A stretch of 63,929 bases of DNA, counting the filler, from Lama guanicoe (taxonomy: Eukaryota), in assembly GCA_013239625.1 (NCBI GenBank). It is 104 parts of 104 records of this genome, joined end to end, with 100 filler letters (N's around TTAATTAATTAA, not from the genome) between each part and the next. Parts side by side here need not be neighbours in the genome. Positions count along the whole stretch, not along the records: positions 10,766 to 11,114 come from PNXV01026434.1; positions 11,215 to 11,935 come from PNXV01026435.1; positions 12,036 to 12,496 come from PNXV01026436.1; positions 12,597 to 12,955 come from PNXV01026437.1; positions 13,056 to 13,515 come from PNXV01026438.1; positions 13,616 to 13,990 come from PNXV01026439.1; positions 14,091 to 14,928 come from PNXV01026440.1; positions 15,029 to 15,542 come from PNXV01026442.1; 96 more parts are not named here. The stretch is one strand, 5' to 3'. Positions 10,666-22,925 of the stretch are shown here, piece after piece. The notes under the pieces are model-generated. The model ran no database searches, was not told where the DNA came from, and was given only the letters and a program-made list of their open reading frames with translations. Numbering within the stretch: the first letter of the stretch is position 1; each line of letters starts with the position of its first letter. A program made the translations under genes and the position numbers.

Positions 10666-11214
10666 NNNNNNNNNNNNNNNNNNNNNNNNNNNNNNNNNNN
10701 NNNNNNNNNTTAATTAATTAANNNNNNNNNNNNNNNNNNNNNNNNNNNNNNNNNNNNNNNNNNNNAGTCTGCAATGGCAGATAACACAGCCGTTACATGC
10801 TGTAAGTTTTAGATGTCAGTTTAGTTTCATAGGTAAGCATGTGTATCACTGCTGTCAGCAGTCCTCAAGTCAGTGTATTTCTAGGCTTTTTGATTGCCTG
10901 AACCGTTTTCACCAGGAGACAACTGAGTAAAGTCTCATGGGAACAATCTTATTAATATTTGTAGATTAATAACAATTGATAGTCTGTAGAAATAAAGCTC
11001 GATTTTGCTGAGCAGGAAATCCTTGGCTCACATTTTCTATTCTTGGGTACCTGAAATGTTAGCTCATTTTACTGTAGCTGAAGGTGTAGCAGTTAAGTAG
11101 CTCCTGATAATCTANNNNNNNNNNNNNNNNNNNNNNNNNNNNNNNNNNNNNNNNNNNNTTAATTAATTAANNNNNNNNNNNNNNNNNNNNNNNNNNNNNN
11201 NNNNNNNNNNNNNN

Positions 11215-11935
11215 AAATAGAATATAGAATACAGAATATAGAAACCAAAATTTAGAACATGGACTGCAGAACAGAGAATTTAGAATATAGAACACAGAAT
11301 ACTGAATATAGAATTTCAAATATAGAATGTTGAACACAGAATTTAGAATATAGGGTAAAGAATACTGAATATTGAATTTAGAATATAGAATGAAGAACAC
11401 AGAAAATAGAATATAGAATACAGAATACTGAATATAGAATTTCAAATATAGAATGTTGAACACAGAATTTAGAATATAGAATACAGAATACTGAATATAG
11501 AATTTCAAATATAGAATGTTGAACACAGAATTTAGAATATAGGGTAAAGAATACTGAATATTGAATTTACAATATAGAATGTAGAACACGGTACATAGGA
11601 TATAGATTAGAGAATATAGAAACCAGAATTTAGAACATGGAATGCAGAACACAGAATTTAGAATATAGAATACAGATTACTGAATTTCGAATTTAGGATA
11701 TAAAATGTAGAACACAGAATATAGAATATAGAATAGAGAATATAGAATCCAGAATTAAGAACATGGAATGTAGAACACAGAATATAGAATATAGAATAGA
11801 GAATATAGAATCCAGAATTAAGAACATGGAATGTAGAACACAGAATTTAGAATATAGAATACAGATTACTGAATTTCGAATTTAGGATATAAAATGTAGA
11901 ACACAGAATATGGAATGTAGAATATGGAATGCAGA
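11215..11935 (-). repeat. Heptamer satellite
   Basis: Tandem GAANNNN heptamers. Confidence 0.95.
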
Positions 11936-12596
11936 NNNNNNNNNNNNNNNNNNNNNNNNNNNNNNNNNNNNNNNNNNNNTTAATTAATTAANNNNNNNNN
12001 NNNNNNNNNNNNNNNNNNNNNNNNNNNNNNNNNNNTCCATTCTTCTTTATAGAAATGAGCACTGCCTTGGGAAATCTGACTAAATCAAGGGATTAAGAAG
12101 TCAGTTTATTTATTTATTTGTTTGTTTAAATCAAATTAGGATAAAATTTCCTAATAAAGCTAAAGAAGATGGTCCCAAATATGATTAGTGAGACCCAGAG
12201 CCTGAGCTGTTGTCTTTTTATCCTGTGAAAGTGACTGAATATGATTCTCTCCTATGTGAACTGGGATGTTACAGTAGTTTAGAATGTTACCAAAGGCAGG
12301 AAGTAAGTGTAACTTTGCTCTGTACTGTATTCAGCCACCCTGCTCCTGTGTTGTGTGCTCCCACCACAGTAAAGTAATAGTTAACAGAACAAAGTGATAG
12401 TCCAGCATAGATGCTTTTTATTGCTGATAGTCGCCACCCTAAATCCCACACCTTCGAGAGATAAGTGGAAGACTTGAGCACAACAAAAAACACATGNNNN
12501 NNNNNNNNNNNNNNNNNNNNNNNNNNNNNNNNNNNNNNNNTTAATTAATTAANNNNNNNNNNNNNNNNNNNNNNNNNNNNNNNNNNNNNNNNNNNN

Positions 12597-12955
12597 ACAT
12601 TATGGTAAACATAATACCGAACCCAGAATTTAGAAAATGGAATTCTTAACACAGAATTTAGAATATACAATACAGAATACATAATATAAATTTTAGAATA
12701 TAGAATGTAGAACACAGAATATACAATATAGAGTACGGAATGCATAATATAGGATACAGAATATAGAATTATAACACAGAATATGGAACATTTCAAAGAG
12801 TATATGGAATCCAAAATTTAGAACTTGGAATGCAGAACACAGAATTTAGAATATAGAATACAGAATTCTGAATCTAGAGTTTAGAATATAGAATATAGTA
12901 TACAGAATGTAGAATATAGATTACGGAATGTAGAATATAGAATAGAGAATATAGA
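12597..12955 (-). repeat. Heptamer satellite, colinear with ~2922-3300
   Basis: Shared rare variants ACATTATGG, GCATAATATAGGA, GAGTATATGGAA. Confidence 0.95.
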
Positions 12956-13055
12956 NNNNNNNNNNNNNNNNNNNNNNNNNNNNNNNNNNNNNNNNNNNNT
13001 TAATTAATTAANNNNNNNNNNNNNNNNNNNNNNNNNNNNNNNNNNNNNNNNNNNN

Positions 13056-13515
13056 ATACACAATATAGAATGTAGAACACAGAATATAAAATATGGAAAA
13101 CAGATAACAGAAACCAGAATTTAGAACATGGATTGCAGAACACAGAATTTAGAATATGATATACAGAATACTGAATATAGAATTTAGAACATAGAATTCA
13201 GACACAGAATTTAGAACATAGAATAAACAATACTGAATATAGAATTTAGAATATAGAATGTAGAACACAGAATATATAACATAGAATAGAGAATATAGAA
13301 CCCAGAATTTAGAACATGGAATGCAGATCACAAAAATTATAATATAGAATACAAAATAGTGAATATAGAATTTAGAATATAGAAATAGAACACAGAATAT
13401 AGAATATAAAATACGGAATGCAGAATAAAGGAGGTAGAATATAGAATGAAGAACACAAAATATAGCATAGAGAATAGAGAATATAGCAACCAGAATTTAG
13501 AAATGGAATGCAGAA
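13056..13515 (-). repeat. Heptamer satellite
   Basis: Tandem GAANNNN heptamers. Confidence 0.95.
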
Positions 13516-13615
13516 NNNNNNNNNNNNNNNNNNNNNNNNNNNNNNNNNNNNNNNNNNNNTTAATTAATTAANNNNNNNNNNNNNNNNNNNNNNNNNNNNN
13601 NNNNNNNNNNNNNNN

Positions 13616-13990
13616 AGTCTCAGATGGCACATTCAGCTTGTGGTAGAATTTAAGAAGTAATTTTTACTATGGTTTTCTTTGTGACGTTTTCAAAGCATTC
13701 CAATTGGTGCTTTCTTTTTCTCCCCTCAAGAGTCTACACTATATTTTCAAGTGAATATTTTATGTTTCTTTTTTGTTCCAGCCAAAGACATGCTTACATC
13801 CTCAGGGTGGCACAAAATGCCTTTCCAACTCTCATCCCACAAACTCAACGTAGTTTAGTCATTTCATTATAGATCTGGCATCTGACTAATTTGACATATC
13901 TTTTTGTTTCACTGTTTCTGGATAAACGTCCAGGCAAATGTTTATCAACCATATTAAATCCAACTTCAGAACTTTTGCTCTAGCTCATCC
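13616..13990. repeat. Unidentified multicopy sequence, paralogous to 8633-8995
   Basis: AGTCTCAGATGGCACATTCA...CAAAGCATTCCAATTGGTG...GCTTACATCCTCAGGGTG shared. Confidence 0.85.
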
Positions 13991-14090
13991 NNNNNNNNNN
14001 NNNNNNNNNNNNNNNNNNNNNNNNNNNNNNNNNNTTAATTAATTAANNNNNNNNNNNNNNNNNNNNNNNNNNNNNNNNNNNNNNNNNNNN

Positions 14091-14928
14091 TGCGTTCTAT
14101 ATTCTCTATGCTATATTCTTTATTTTGTGTTCTTCATTCATTATTCTAAATTCTATATTCTGCATTCCGTTCTCTATATTCTATTTTCTGTGTTCTACAT
14201 TCTATGCTGTAAATTCTATATTCAGTATTCTGTATTCTGTATTCTAAATTGTGGGTTCTGCAATCCGTGTTCTATATTCTGGGTTCTGTATTCTCTATTC
14301 TCTATTCTATATTCTGTGTTCTACATTCTTTATTCAAAATTCTATATTCAGTATTCTGTATTCTATATTCTATATTCTGTGTTCTACATTTTATGTTCTA
14401 ATTTCTATATTCAGTATTCAGTATTCTATATCCTTAATTCTGTGTTTTGCATTCCATTTTGAAATTTATAAGTTCTATATTCTCTATTCTGTATTCAATA
14501 TGCTGTGTTCTACATTCTGTATTCTAAGTTCTATATTCAGATTTCTGTATTATGTATTCTAAATTCTGTCTTCTACATTCCATATTCTAAATTCTGTGTT
14601 CTGTATTCTGTTTTCCAATTTCTATATTCTGTGTTCTAAATTCTATATTCTGTATTCTATATTCTAAATTCTGTGTTCTGTATTCTGTTTTCCAATTTCT
14701 ATATTCTGTGTTCTAAATTCTATATTCTGTATTCTATATTCTAAATTCTGTGTTCTGTATTCTGTTTTCCAATTTCTATATTCTGTGTTCTAAATTCTAT
14801 ATTCTGTATTCTATATTCTAAATTCTGTGTTCTTCATTCAATGTTCTAAATTCTATATACAGTATTCGGAATTCTATAATCTAAATTTTGTGTTCTGCAT
14901 TCCATGCTCTAAATACTGTGTTCTGTAT
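14091..14928 (+). repeat. Heptamer satellite with 77-bp triplication
   Basis: TTTTCCAATTT at 14611, 14688 and 14765. Confidence 0.95.
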
Positions 14929-15028
14929 NNNNNNNNNNNNNNNNNNNNNNNNNNNNNNNNNNNNNNNNNNNNTTAATTAATTAANNNNNNNNNNNNNNNN
15001 NNNNNNNNNNNNNNNNNNNNNNNNNNNN

Positions 15029-15542
15029 AATCCCAGTGACAGAGGCTGCCTCCCCAAGGTCAGGGAAGTTTTTTCTCTTACTTCCCCGAGCAGGGAACAC
15101 CTGTGACTGAAGCGAGCTGCGTGGAGGTGTCTCTCGAGCTCCCCCACTCAATGACAATGGTTCAGGAATCCTGAGCGTGCGGAGGTTCCAACAACGGTCG
15201 GTAGCGCGTGGGTTTTAACGGAATGACTGTGCTCGTCTCCCCTGAGGGTTTTCCTCATGTCTCTGGGCCAGGGAATGCTACGGGGGGTTGCAGGAAATCC
15301 CAGTGACAGAGGCTGCCTCCCCAAGGTCAGGGAAGTTTTTTCTCTTACTTCCCCGAGCAGGGAACACCTGTGACTGAAGCGAGCTGCGTGGAGGTGTCTC
15401 TCGAGCTCCCCCACTCAATGACAATGGTTCCGGAATCCTGAGCATGGGGAGGTTCCACCAACGGTCAGCAGCGCCTGGGTTCCATTGGAAAGCCTGGGCT
15501 CGTCTACCCTGAGGGTTTTCCTCATGTCTCTGGGCCAGGGAA
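15029..15542 (-). repeat. 267-bp satellite, subfamily B
   Basis: CCCCCACTCAATGAC and CCCCGAGCAGGG. Confidence 0.95.
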
Positions 15543-15642
15543 NNNNNNNNNNNNNNNNNNNNNNNNNNNNNNNNNNNNNNNNNNNNTTAATTAATTAANN
15601 NNNNNNNNNNNNNNNNNNNNNNNNNNNNNNNNNNNNNNNNNN

Positions 15643-16119
15643 CTGTGTTGCATTCCATGTTCTAAATTTTCGGTTCCATATACTCTATGAAGAATTCCTT
15701 ATTCTGTGTTCTAAATTCTATATTCTGTATCCTATATTATGCATTCCGTACTCTATATTCTATATTCTATATTCTATATTCTATATTCTATATTCTATAT
15801 TCTATATTCTATATTCTATATTCTATATTCTATATTCTATATTCTATATTCTATATTCTATATTCTATATTCTATATTCTATATTCTATATTCTATATTC
15901 TATATTCTATATTCTATATTCTATATTCTATATTCTATATTCTATATTCTATATTCTATATTCTGTGTTCTATATTCTGCATTCCGTATTCTATATTCTA
16001 CATTCTGTGTTCTGCGTTTATATTCTAAATTCGATATTCAGTAGTCTGTATTCTATATTCTATATTCTGAGTTCTGCATTCCATATTCTAAATTCTGGGT
16101 TCTATATTCTATATTCTAT
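15643..16119 (+). repeat. Heptamer satellite containing a pure (TATATTC)~30 tract at 15754-15963
   Basis: Direct reading. Confidence 0.97.
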
Positions 16120-16382
16120 NNNNNNNNNNNNNNNNNNNNNNNNNNNNNNNNNNNNNNNNNNNNTTAATTAATTAANNNNNNNNNNNNNNNNNNNNNNNNN
16201 NNNNNNNNNNNNNNNNNNNGAAAGAACAAGTCTAACTTTTGAAGCCAAAGTTCTAACTTTAAAACTTACAAATAATGTATATGTGCAGTCAAAGTGTAGT
16301 AATTCTACCTAATAAAACTGAAAAAGGAAAAAAAAACCTTAGAAAATACTGGCATTTTGAATTCTAATCCTATAGAATAATC

Positions 16383-16560
16383 TTTTTTTTTTAATTGAAG
16401 TAGAGTCAGTTTACAATGTTGTGTCAATTTCTGGTGTACAGCATAATGTTTCAGTCATCCATATACATATATTCCTTTTCATATTGTTTTTTATTATAGA
16501 TTACTACAAGATATTGAATATAGTTGCCTCTGCTATACAGTAGAAACTTGTTTGTCTGTC
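16383..16560 (-). mobile_element. LINE-1 3' UTR end with poly(A)
   Basis: T-tract then AATTGAAGTAGAGTCAGTTTACAATGTTGTG...TCTGGTGTACAGCA...GCTATACAGTAG. Confidence 0.85.
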
Positions 16561-16796
16561 TGTACAGTAATCTTAAACAATTTCTGAAGATTTCTCCCAT
16601 ATATGTTTGCTAAGTAAAATAAAGACTGCACAACATTTAGTATAGTTTTTGCATAAATGTTATTTCTTTTTCTTCTCCTTATTAATGAAGGACTATNNNN
16701 NNNNNNNNNNNNNNNNNNNNNNNNNNNNNNNNNNNNNNNNTTAATTAATTAANNNNNNNNNNNNNNNNNNNNNNNNNNNNNNNNNNNNNNNNNNNN

Positions 16797-17012
16797 CGTG
16801 TCAGAGGCTGCTTCCCCAATGTCAGGGAAGTTATTTCTCGGACTTGTCCCGAAGAGGGGACACCTGTGACTGAAGAGAGCTGCGTGGAGTTGTCTCTCGA
16901 GCTCCCCCACGCACTGACAATGTTTCCGGAATCCTGAGCGAGGGAGGTTCCACCAACGGTCGACAGCACGTGGGTTCTAACAGAATGCTTAAGCTCGTCT
17001 CCCCTGAGGGTT
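16797..17012 (-). repeat. 267-bp satellite, subfamily C (partial monomer)
   Basis: CACGCACTGACAATG and TAAGCTCGTCTCCCCTGAGGG. Confidence 0.93.
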
Positions 17013-17112
17013 NNNNNNNNNNNNNNNNNNNNNNNNNNNNNNNNNNNNNNNNNNNNTTAATTAATTAANNNNNNNNNNNNNNNNNNNNNNNNNNNNNNNN
17101 NNNNNNNNNNNN

Positions 17113-17480
17113 AGTATGGTTGATTTACAATGCTGTGTTAATTTCTGGTGTACTCCTCAAGAGTTCTTAGAAAGCAGTCTGGCAGTTGATATCGAGTCAA
17201 AAATATTCATATGTTTTAATCCACTAATTCAGCTTTGAAAAACTTTTAATCAGGAATTATTTCAAAATGGCAGGGAAAAGTCAGTATGGATGCAAGTCAC
17301 AGACATACTTTTATATGTGTGTATATATATATATATATAAAATCTCAGCCAAAATATTCTTCCAACTCTTCACAAAGTAGAATAGTATGCAGTCATGAAA
17401 AAGTGTGTCCATGAAAATATTTTATGACATGTCAAAGTGTTATGCTTATGATAGATTGGAGAATTAAATTAATATATAAA
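17113..17480. mobile_element. Short L1 3' end (minus, 17113-17152) followed by a probable very old L1 3' fragment (plus)
   Basis: TTGATTTACAATGCTGTGTTAATTTCTGGTGTAC; then GAAAGCAGTCTGGCAG and AATAGTATGCAGTCATGAAAAA. Confidence 0.45.
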
Positions 17481-17833
17481 ATGATTTGTAATATACAAAC
17501 AATGCACTGTTCTGAAGGAATTATGTCTATAGGTCAAAGCATTATTCTTATATTATTTTTTATTCATTTTCAGAGTTGGAGTCTTTTGATTCTAGGTGAC
17601 AAAATCAATCTCCAATGTGTTTAAATGACAACCAAAAAATGGGGATCCATGGGATTTATTGGTTCCTGTAAATGAAAGCCTCATGTCTGAGGTCTGGCTT
17701 CAGTCAAGGAGAGATACCTTAGCCCAGATGATGNNNNNNNNNNNNNNNNNNNNNNNNNNNNNNNNNNNNNNNNNNNNTTAATTAATTAANNNNNNNNNNN
17801 NNNNNNNNNNNNNNNNNNNNNNNNNNNNNNNNN

Positions 17834-18382
17834 AACTTTTTCATTTCAGCTTTGATTTCTTCATTGACCCATTGGTTTTTTACAAACATATTGTTTAATC
17901 TCCATGTTTTCCTTATGTTCTCATTTGTTTCTCTGTTGTTGATTTCTAGCTTCATGGCCTTGTGGTCAGTAAAGTCACTTGAGGTAATTTCTATATTCTT
18001 AAAATTGCTGAGGTTTCTTTTGTGTCCAAGTACATCATGAATCCAGGAAAATGTTCCATGTGCACTGGAAAAGAATGTATATCCTATTTTTTGGGGGGTA
18101 CAATGCTCTGAAATTATCCACCAAGTGTAATATTAGTATTACACATATTCTATTATTTAACTTCTCTGTTGCCTATTTTATTTTCTGTCTCGATGATCTG
18201 TGCAGTGATGTAAATGCAGTGTTGAAATCTCCAAATATGAATCCCCCTTTATATCTGTTAGTAGTTATTTTATGTACTTAGATGCTCATCTATTTGGTGC
18301 ATATGTATTAACAAGTGTGCTATATTCATATTTTATCACTCCTTCAATCATAATAAAATGTCCTTTATCTTTCTTTATGGCC
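17834..18382 (-). mobile_element. LINE-1 ORF2 endonuclease-region fragment (decayed)
   Basis: Homologous to 31132-31500; AATGTTCCATGTGCACTGGAAAAGAATGTATAT. Confidence 0.9.
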
Positions 18383-18482
18383 NNNNNNNNNNNNNNNNNN
18401 NNNNNNNNNNNNNNNNNNNNNNNNNNTTAATTAATTAANNNNNNNNNNNNNNNNNNNNNNNNNNNNNNNNNNNNNNNNNNNN

Positions 18483-19251
18483 GGAGACGAGCTTAGGCAT
18501 TCCGTTAGAACCAACGAGCTGCCGACCGTTGTTGAAACCTCCCCACGCTCAGGATTCCGTACCATTGTCAGTTCGTGGGGAAGCTCGAGAGACAACTCCA
18601 CGCAGCTCTCTTCAGTCACAGGTGTTCCCTGTTCGGGGAAGTCTGAGAAATACCTTCCCTGAACTTGGGGAGCCAGCCATTGTCACTGGGAATTCCTGCA
18701 AACCCCCCTAGCATTCCCTGGCACAGAGACATTAGGAAAACCCTCAGGTGAGACGATCTTAGGCATTCCGTTATAACACATGCGCTGCCGACGGTTGGTG
18801 GAACCTCCCCACTCTCAGGATTCCGGAAAAATTGTCAGTGCGTGGGGGAGCCCGAGAGACAACTCCACGCAGCTCTCTTCAGTCACAGGTGTTCCCTGTT
18901 CGCGGAAGTCCGAGAAATACCTTCCATGACATTGAGGAGGCAGCCTCTGTCCCTGGGAATTCCTGCAAACCTCCTTAGCATTCCCTGGCACAGAGACATT
19001 AGGAAAACCCTCAGGTGAGACGATCTTAGGCATTCCGTTATAACACATGCGCTGCCGACGGTTGGTGGAACCTCCCCACGCTCAGGATTCGGGAACCATT
19101 GTCAGTGCGTGGGGGAGCTCTTGAGACAACTCCATGAAGCTCTCTTCAGTCACAGGTGTTCCCTGTTCGCGGAAGTCCGAGAAATACCTTCCATGACATT
19201 GAGGAGGCAGCCTCTGTCCCTGGGAATTCCTGCAAACCTCCTTAGCATTCC
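18483..19251 (+). repeat. 267-bp satellite, subfamily C, ~2.9 monomers
   Basis: CATTAGGAAAACCCTCAGG and CCCTGTTCG. Confidence 0.95.
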
Positions 19252-20545
19252 NNNNNNNNNNNNNNNNNNNNNNNNNNNNNNNNNNNNNNNNNNNNTTAAT
19301 TAATTAANNNNNNNNNNNNNNNNNNNNNNNNNNNNNNNNNNNNNNNNNNNNTTTGCTTTTTAAAACGATTGAGACAGCACGGATGGCAATCTGGCTATTT
19401 AAAATGCAGGATGTGCACAGCCCGCATTTTCAGATGCAACAACATGCTCACTGGGCAGTACAAGTGAAAAAGGAATAAAGAAAAAGGAAAAGATGAAGAA
19501 GAGAAAATGAGAAATACACAAGAACAAAAATGATTTTGACAGCATGTACAAGAATTTATGTGAGTGTGTGAGGCCAGGGACGCGGGGACGGTGAGACCCA
19601 CCCTCACCTCCTGCTCCAGGGAAGGCAGGGGCCTGAGGGGAGCGGTGCTGCCGGACGACCCCAACGTGGTCAGCGCCCCTAACCCAAATTCCACCTACAA
19701 GCGTCTAGGCAGATTTTGAGCTACAAATTGTGGTCGCATTTCATTCTGGACCGTTTTACTCACTTCCACCAAGAGTAGCAGGAGAGAATTAGGCTCTGCT
19801 CCTGCACCAAAGCATTGTTTAAAAAACTAATGACTGTGGAATACTAAAAGCAACAATGGGGTAAAAGTGACTGGAGGAGAATGTGCTTGACCCGAGCTCA
19901 CTGGCCGTGTTATCTCACTGACGTTCAGATGCTGGCTGAGCTCTTATGGTACCAGGACAGACAGACCCACAAGGAGGGAGATGTAATGCGCTGCTGTATT
20001 TTGATCCCGGGAGCCATGCCTGGTACATGAGGTTCTGGTAATCAATGGTTGACAGTGTCAAACACTGTGGGCTAAGTACACATTCGGCTACTCCGCCANN
20101 NNNNNNNNNNNNNNNNNNNNNNNNNNNNNNNNNNNNNNNNNNTTAATTAATTAANNNNNNNNNNNNNNNNNNNNNNNNNNNNNNNNNNNNNNNNNNNNCC
20201 GCACTCTCCAAACACCATCCTGAACTCAGGTGCCTTGCTGGCTGAGATCGAGATGTTTCTTTCTCACACAGCCTGCGTCCTTTCACTTTCCTCTTGTTAC
20301 CTTAAAAAAGCCTTTCCTGAGTCACTCACCCCTCTGATTCTGAACTAACAAAGTGCTGAGGTTGTAGTCACTGTGTGCATACATCCCAGGTTTTGACTAG
20401 TTTTCCTTTGCATGATCTTCATTAAGGAGCTGCATCAAGAAGTTTNNNNNNNNNNNNNNNNNNNNNNNNNNNNNNNNNNNNNNNNNNNNTTAATTAATTA
20501 ANNNNNNNNNNNNNNNNNNNNNNNNNNNNNNNNNNNNNNNNNNNN

Positions 20546-20795
20546 GGGAAGTCCGACAAATACCTTCCCTGAACTTGGGGAGGCAGCCCCTGTCACTGGG
20601 ATATCATGCAAACCTCCGTAGCATTCCCTGGCACAATGATATTAGGAAAACCCTCAGGGGAGACGAGCTTAGGATTTACGTTAGAACCCACGCGCTGCCG
20701 ACCGTTGGAGGAACCTCCCCACGCTCAGGATTTCGGAACCATTTTTAGGGCGTGGGGGAGCTCGAGAGACGACTCCACGCAGCTCTCTTCAGTCA
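20546..20795 (+). repeat. 267-bp satellite, subfamily C
   Basis: ATTAGGAAAACCCTCAGGGGAGACGAGCTTAGG. Confidence 0.93.
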
Positions 20796-20895
20796 NNNNN
20801 NNNNNNNNNNNNNNNNNNNNNNNNNNNNNNNNNNNNNNNTTAATTAATTAANNNNNNNNNNNNNNNNNNNNNNNNNNNNNNNNNNNNNNNNNNNN

Positions 20896-21346
20896 TGGAA
20901 CCTCCCCACGCTCAGGATTCCGGAAGCATTGTCATTGTGTGGGGAACTCGAGAGACAACTCCATGCAGCTGTCTTCAGTCACAGGTGTTCCCTGCTCGGG
21001 GAAGTCCGAGAAATAATTTCCCTGAAATTGGGGAGTCAGCATCTGTCACTGGGATTGAATGCAAACTCCCCTAGCATTCCCTGGCACAGAGACATGAGGA
21101 AAACCCTCAGGGGAGACGAGCACAGGCATTCCGTAAGAACCCATGCGCTGCCGACCGTTGGTGGAACCTCCCCACGCTCAGGATTCCGGAAGCATTGTCA
21201 TTGTGTGGGGAACTCGAGAGACAACTCCATGCAGCTGTCTTCAGTCACAGGTGTTCCCTGACCGGGGACGTCCGAGAAATAACTTCCCTGAAATTGGGGA
21301 GTCAGCATCTGTCACTGGGATTGAATGCAAACTCCCCTAGCATTCC
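20896..21346 (+). repeat. 267-bp satellite, subfamily B
   Basis: CATGAGGAAAACCCTCAGGGGAGACGAGCACAGG. Confidence 0.95.
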
Positions 21347-21446
21347 NNNNNNNNNNNNNNNNNNNNNNNNNNNNNNNNNNNNNNNNNNNNTTAATTAATT
21401 AANNNNNNNNNNNNNNNNNNNNNNNNNNNNNNNNNNNNNNNNNNNN

Positions 21447-21705
21447 GAATACAGAACCCAGAATTTGGAAAATGGAATGTAGAGCACACAATTTACTATA
21501 TAGAATACAGAATACTGAATATCGAATTTAGAATATGGAATGCAGAACACATAATTTAGAACATAGAATACGGAATGCAGAATATTGAATACAGAATATA
21601 GAATATGGAACACAGAATTTAGAATATGGAAAACAGAATATAGATCCCAAAATATTGAAAATGGAATGCACAACACAGAATTTAGAATATAGTATACAGA
21701 ATACT
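21447..21705 (-). repeat. Heptamer satellite
   Basis: Tandem GAANNNN heptamers. Confidence 0.95.
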
Positions 21706-21805
21706 NNNNNNNNNNNNNNNNNNNNNNNNNNNNNNNNNNNNNNNNNNNNTTAATTAATTAANNNNNNNNNNNNNNNNNNNNNNNNNNNNNNNNNNNNNNN
21801 NNNNN

Positions 21806-22370
21806 ATATATATACAAATACTGATAAATCTTTAGTTAATAGATGGTTAGATATATACAGTATAAACAGACATTTTCTTTATTCATCATTTTTTGATGAG
21901 CAATTAATTTTCTTCTATATCCTGGCTATTGTAAATAATGCAGCAGTGAATATATGGTTGAATATATCTTTTCTGATTAGTGATTTATTCTCTTGGAATA
22001 AGTACCCAGATTTGGAAATGTTGGATCATATTTCATTTTTAATTTTTAGATAAAACTCCATAGTGTTTTCCACAGTGGCAGTACAAATTTACATTCACTC
22101 AAGCTTTGGATCAGGGTTCTTTTCCTTACATCCTCACCAAAATTTATATTTGTTATCTTTTTGATCATTGTCATACTGACAGGAGTGACATAAAATCTCA
22201 TTGTGTTTTGGACTTGCATTTTTCTGATGGTTAGTGATGTTGACCATTTTCATGTGCCTGTTGATTACCTTTCCCCCACTGTATATTCATTTTTTTGTAA
22301 TGGGCTTAATGACCATACCTATCTGATTTAATTTTTAGGCATTCTGTTGTGTTCCACTATTCTGTTTATT
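21806..22370 (-). mobile_element. LINE-1 ORF2 3' region fragment
   Basis: GGCTATTGTAAATAATGCAGCAGTGAA, GTTTTCCACAGTGGC, ACATCCTCACCAA. Confidence 0.85.
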
Positions 22371-22925
22371 NNNNNNNNNNNNNNNNNNNNNNNNNNNNNN
22401 NNNNNNNNNNNNNNTTAATTAATTAANNNNNNNNNNNNNNNNNNNNNNNNNNNNNNNNNNNNNNNNNNNNAGATGCCACAAGATGAGCTTTCACTCACCG
22501 AGGTAACCAGATGCGTTTCTGTGTATAATGTATATTTTTAAAGCAATTATTTTATATATAGAATGTAATTTAGGAAAAAAAACTCCCTCTATCTGTAGAC
22601 TTATAAACAGGAATAACAAAGGGGTGCCTTTGCACACATGAACCCGCGTGCATAAATGCAAAGCCTATTGATCAAAATCCTTTCCTGTCTCCTAAGCTTA
22701 AAAAAAAAACTAAATAATTTAAGGCAGTAGTGAGCTGAAAGGGCTCAGAAACAAAACGTGCACATCATCAGTCTTTTAGTAGATAAAAGTGTGCCATGCA
22801 TAATAGAAAAGATGACATTTCCTATNNNNNNNNNNNNNNNNNNNNNNNNNNNNNNNNNNNNNNNNNNNNTTAATTAATTAANNNNNNNNNNNNNNNNNNN
22901 NNNNNNNNNNNNNNNNNNNNNNNNN

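Noticed and set aside
15687..16044. Many hydrophobic Y/I/L/F/S-rich ORFs that look like membrane proteins
   Set aside because: They are translations of the stop-poor strand of the heptamer satellite; a 7-nt unit gives the same YSIFYIL peptide in all three frames
18630..18650. CENP-B box in the 267-bp satellite (TTCGGGGAAGTCYGAG)
   Set aside because: Does not satisfy the required TTCG-N4-A-N2-CGGG pattern; no canonical box seen in the 249-bp family either
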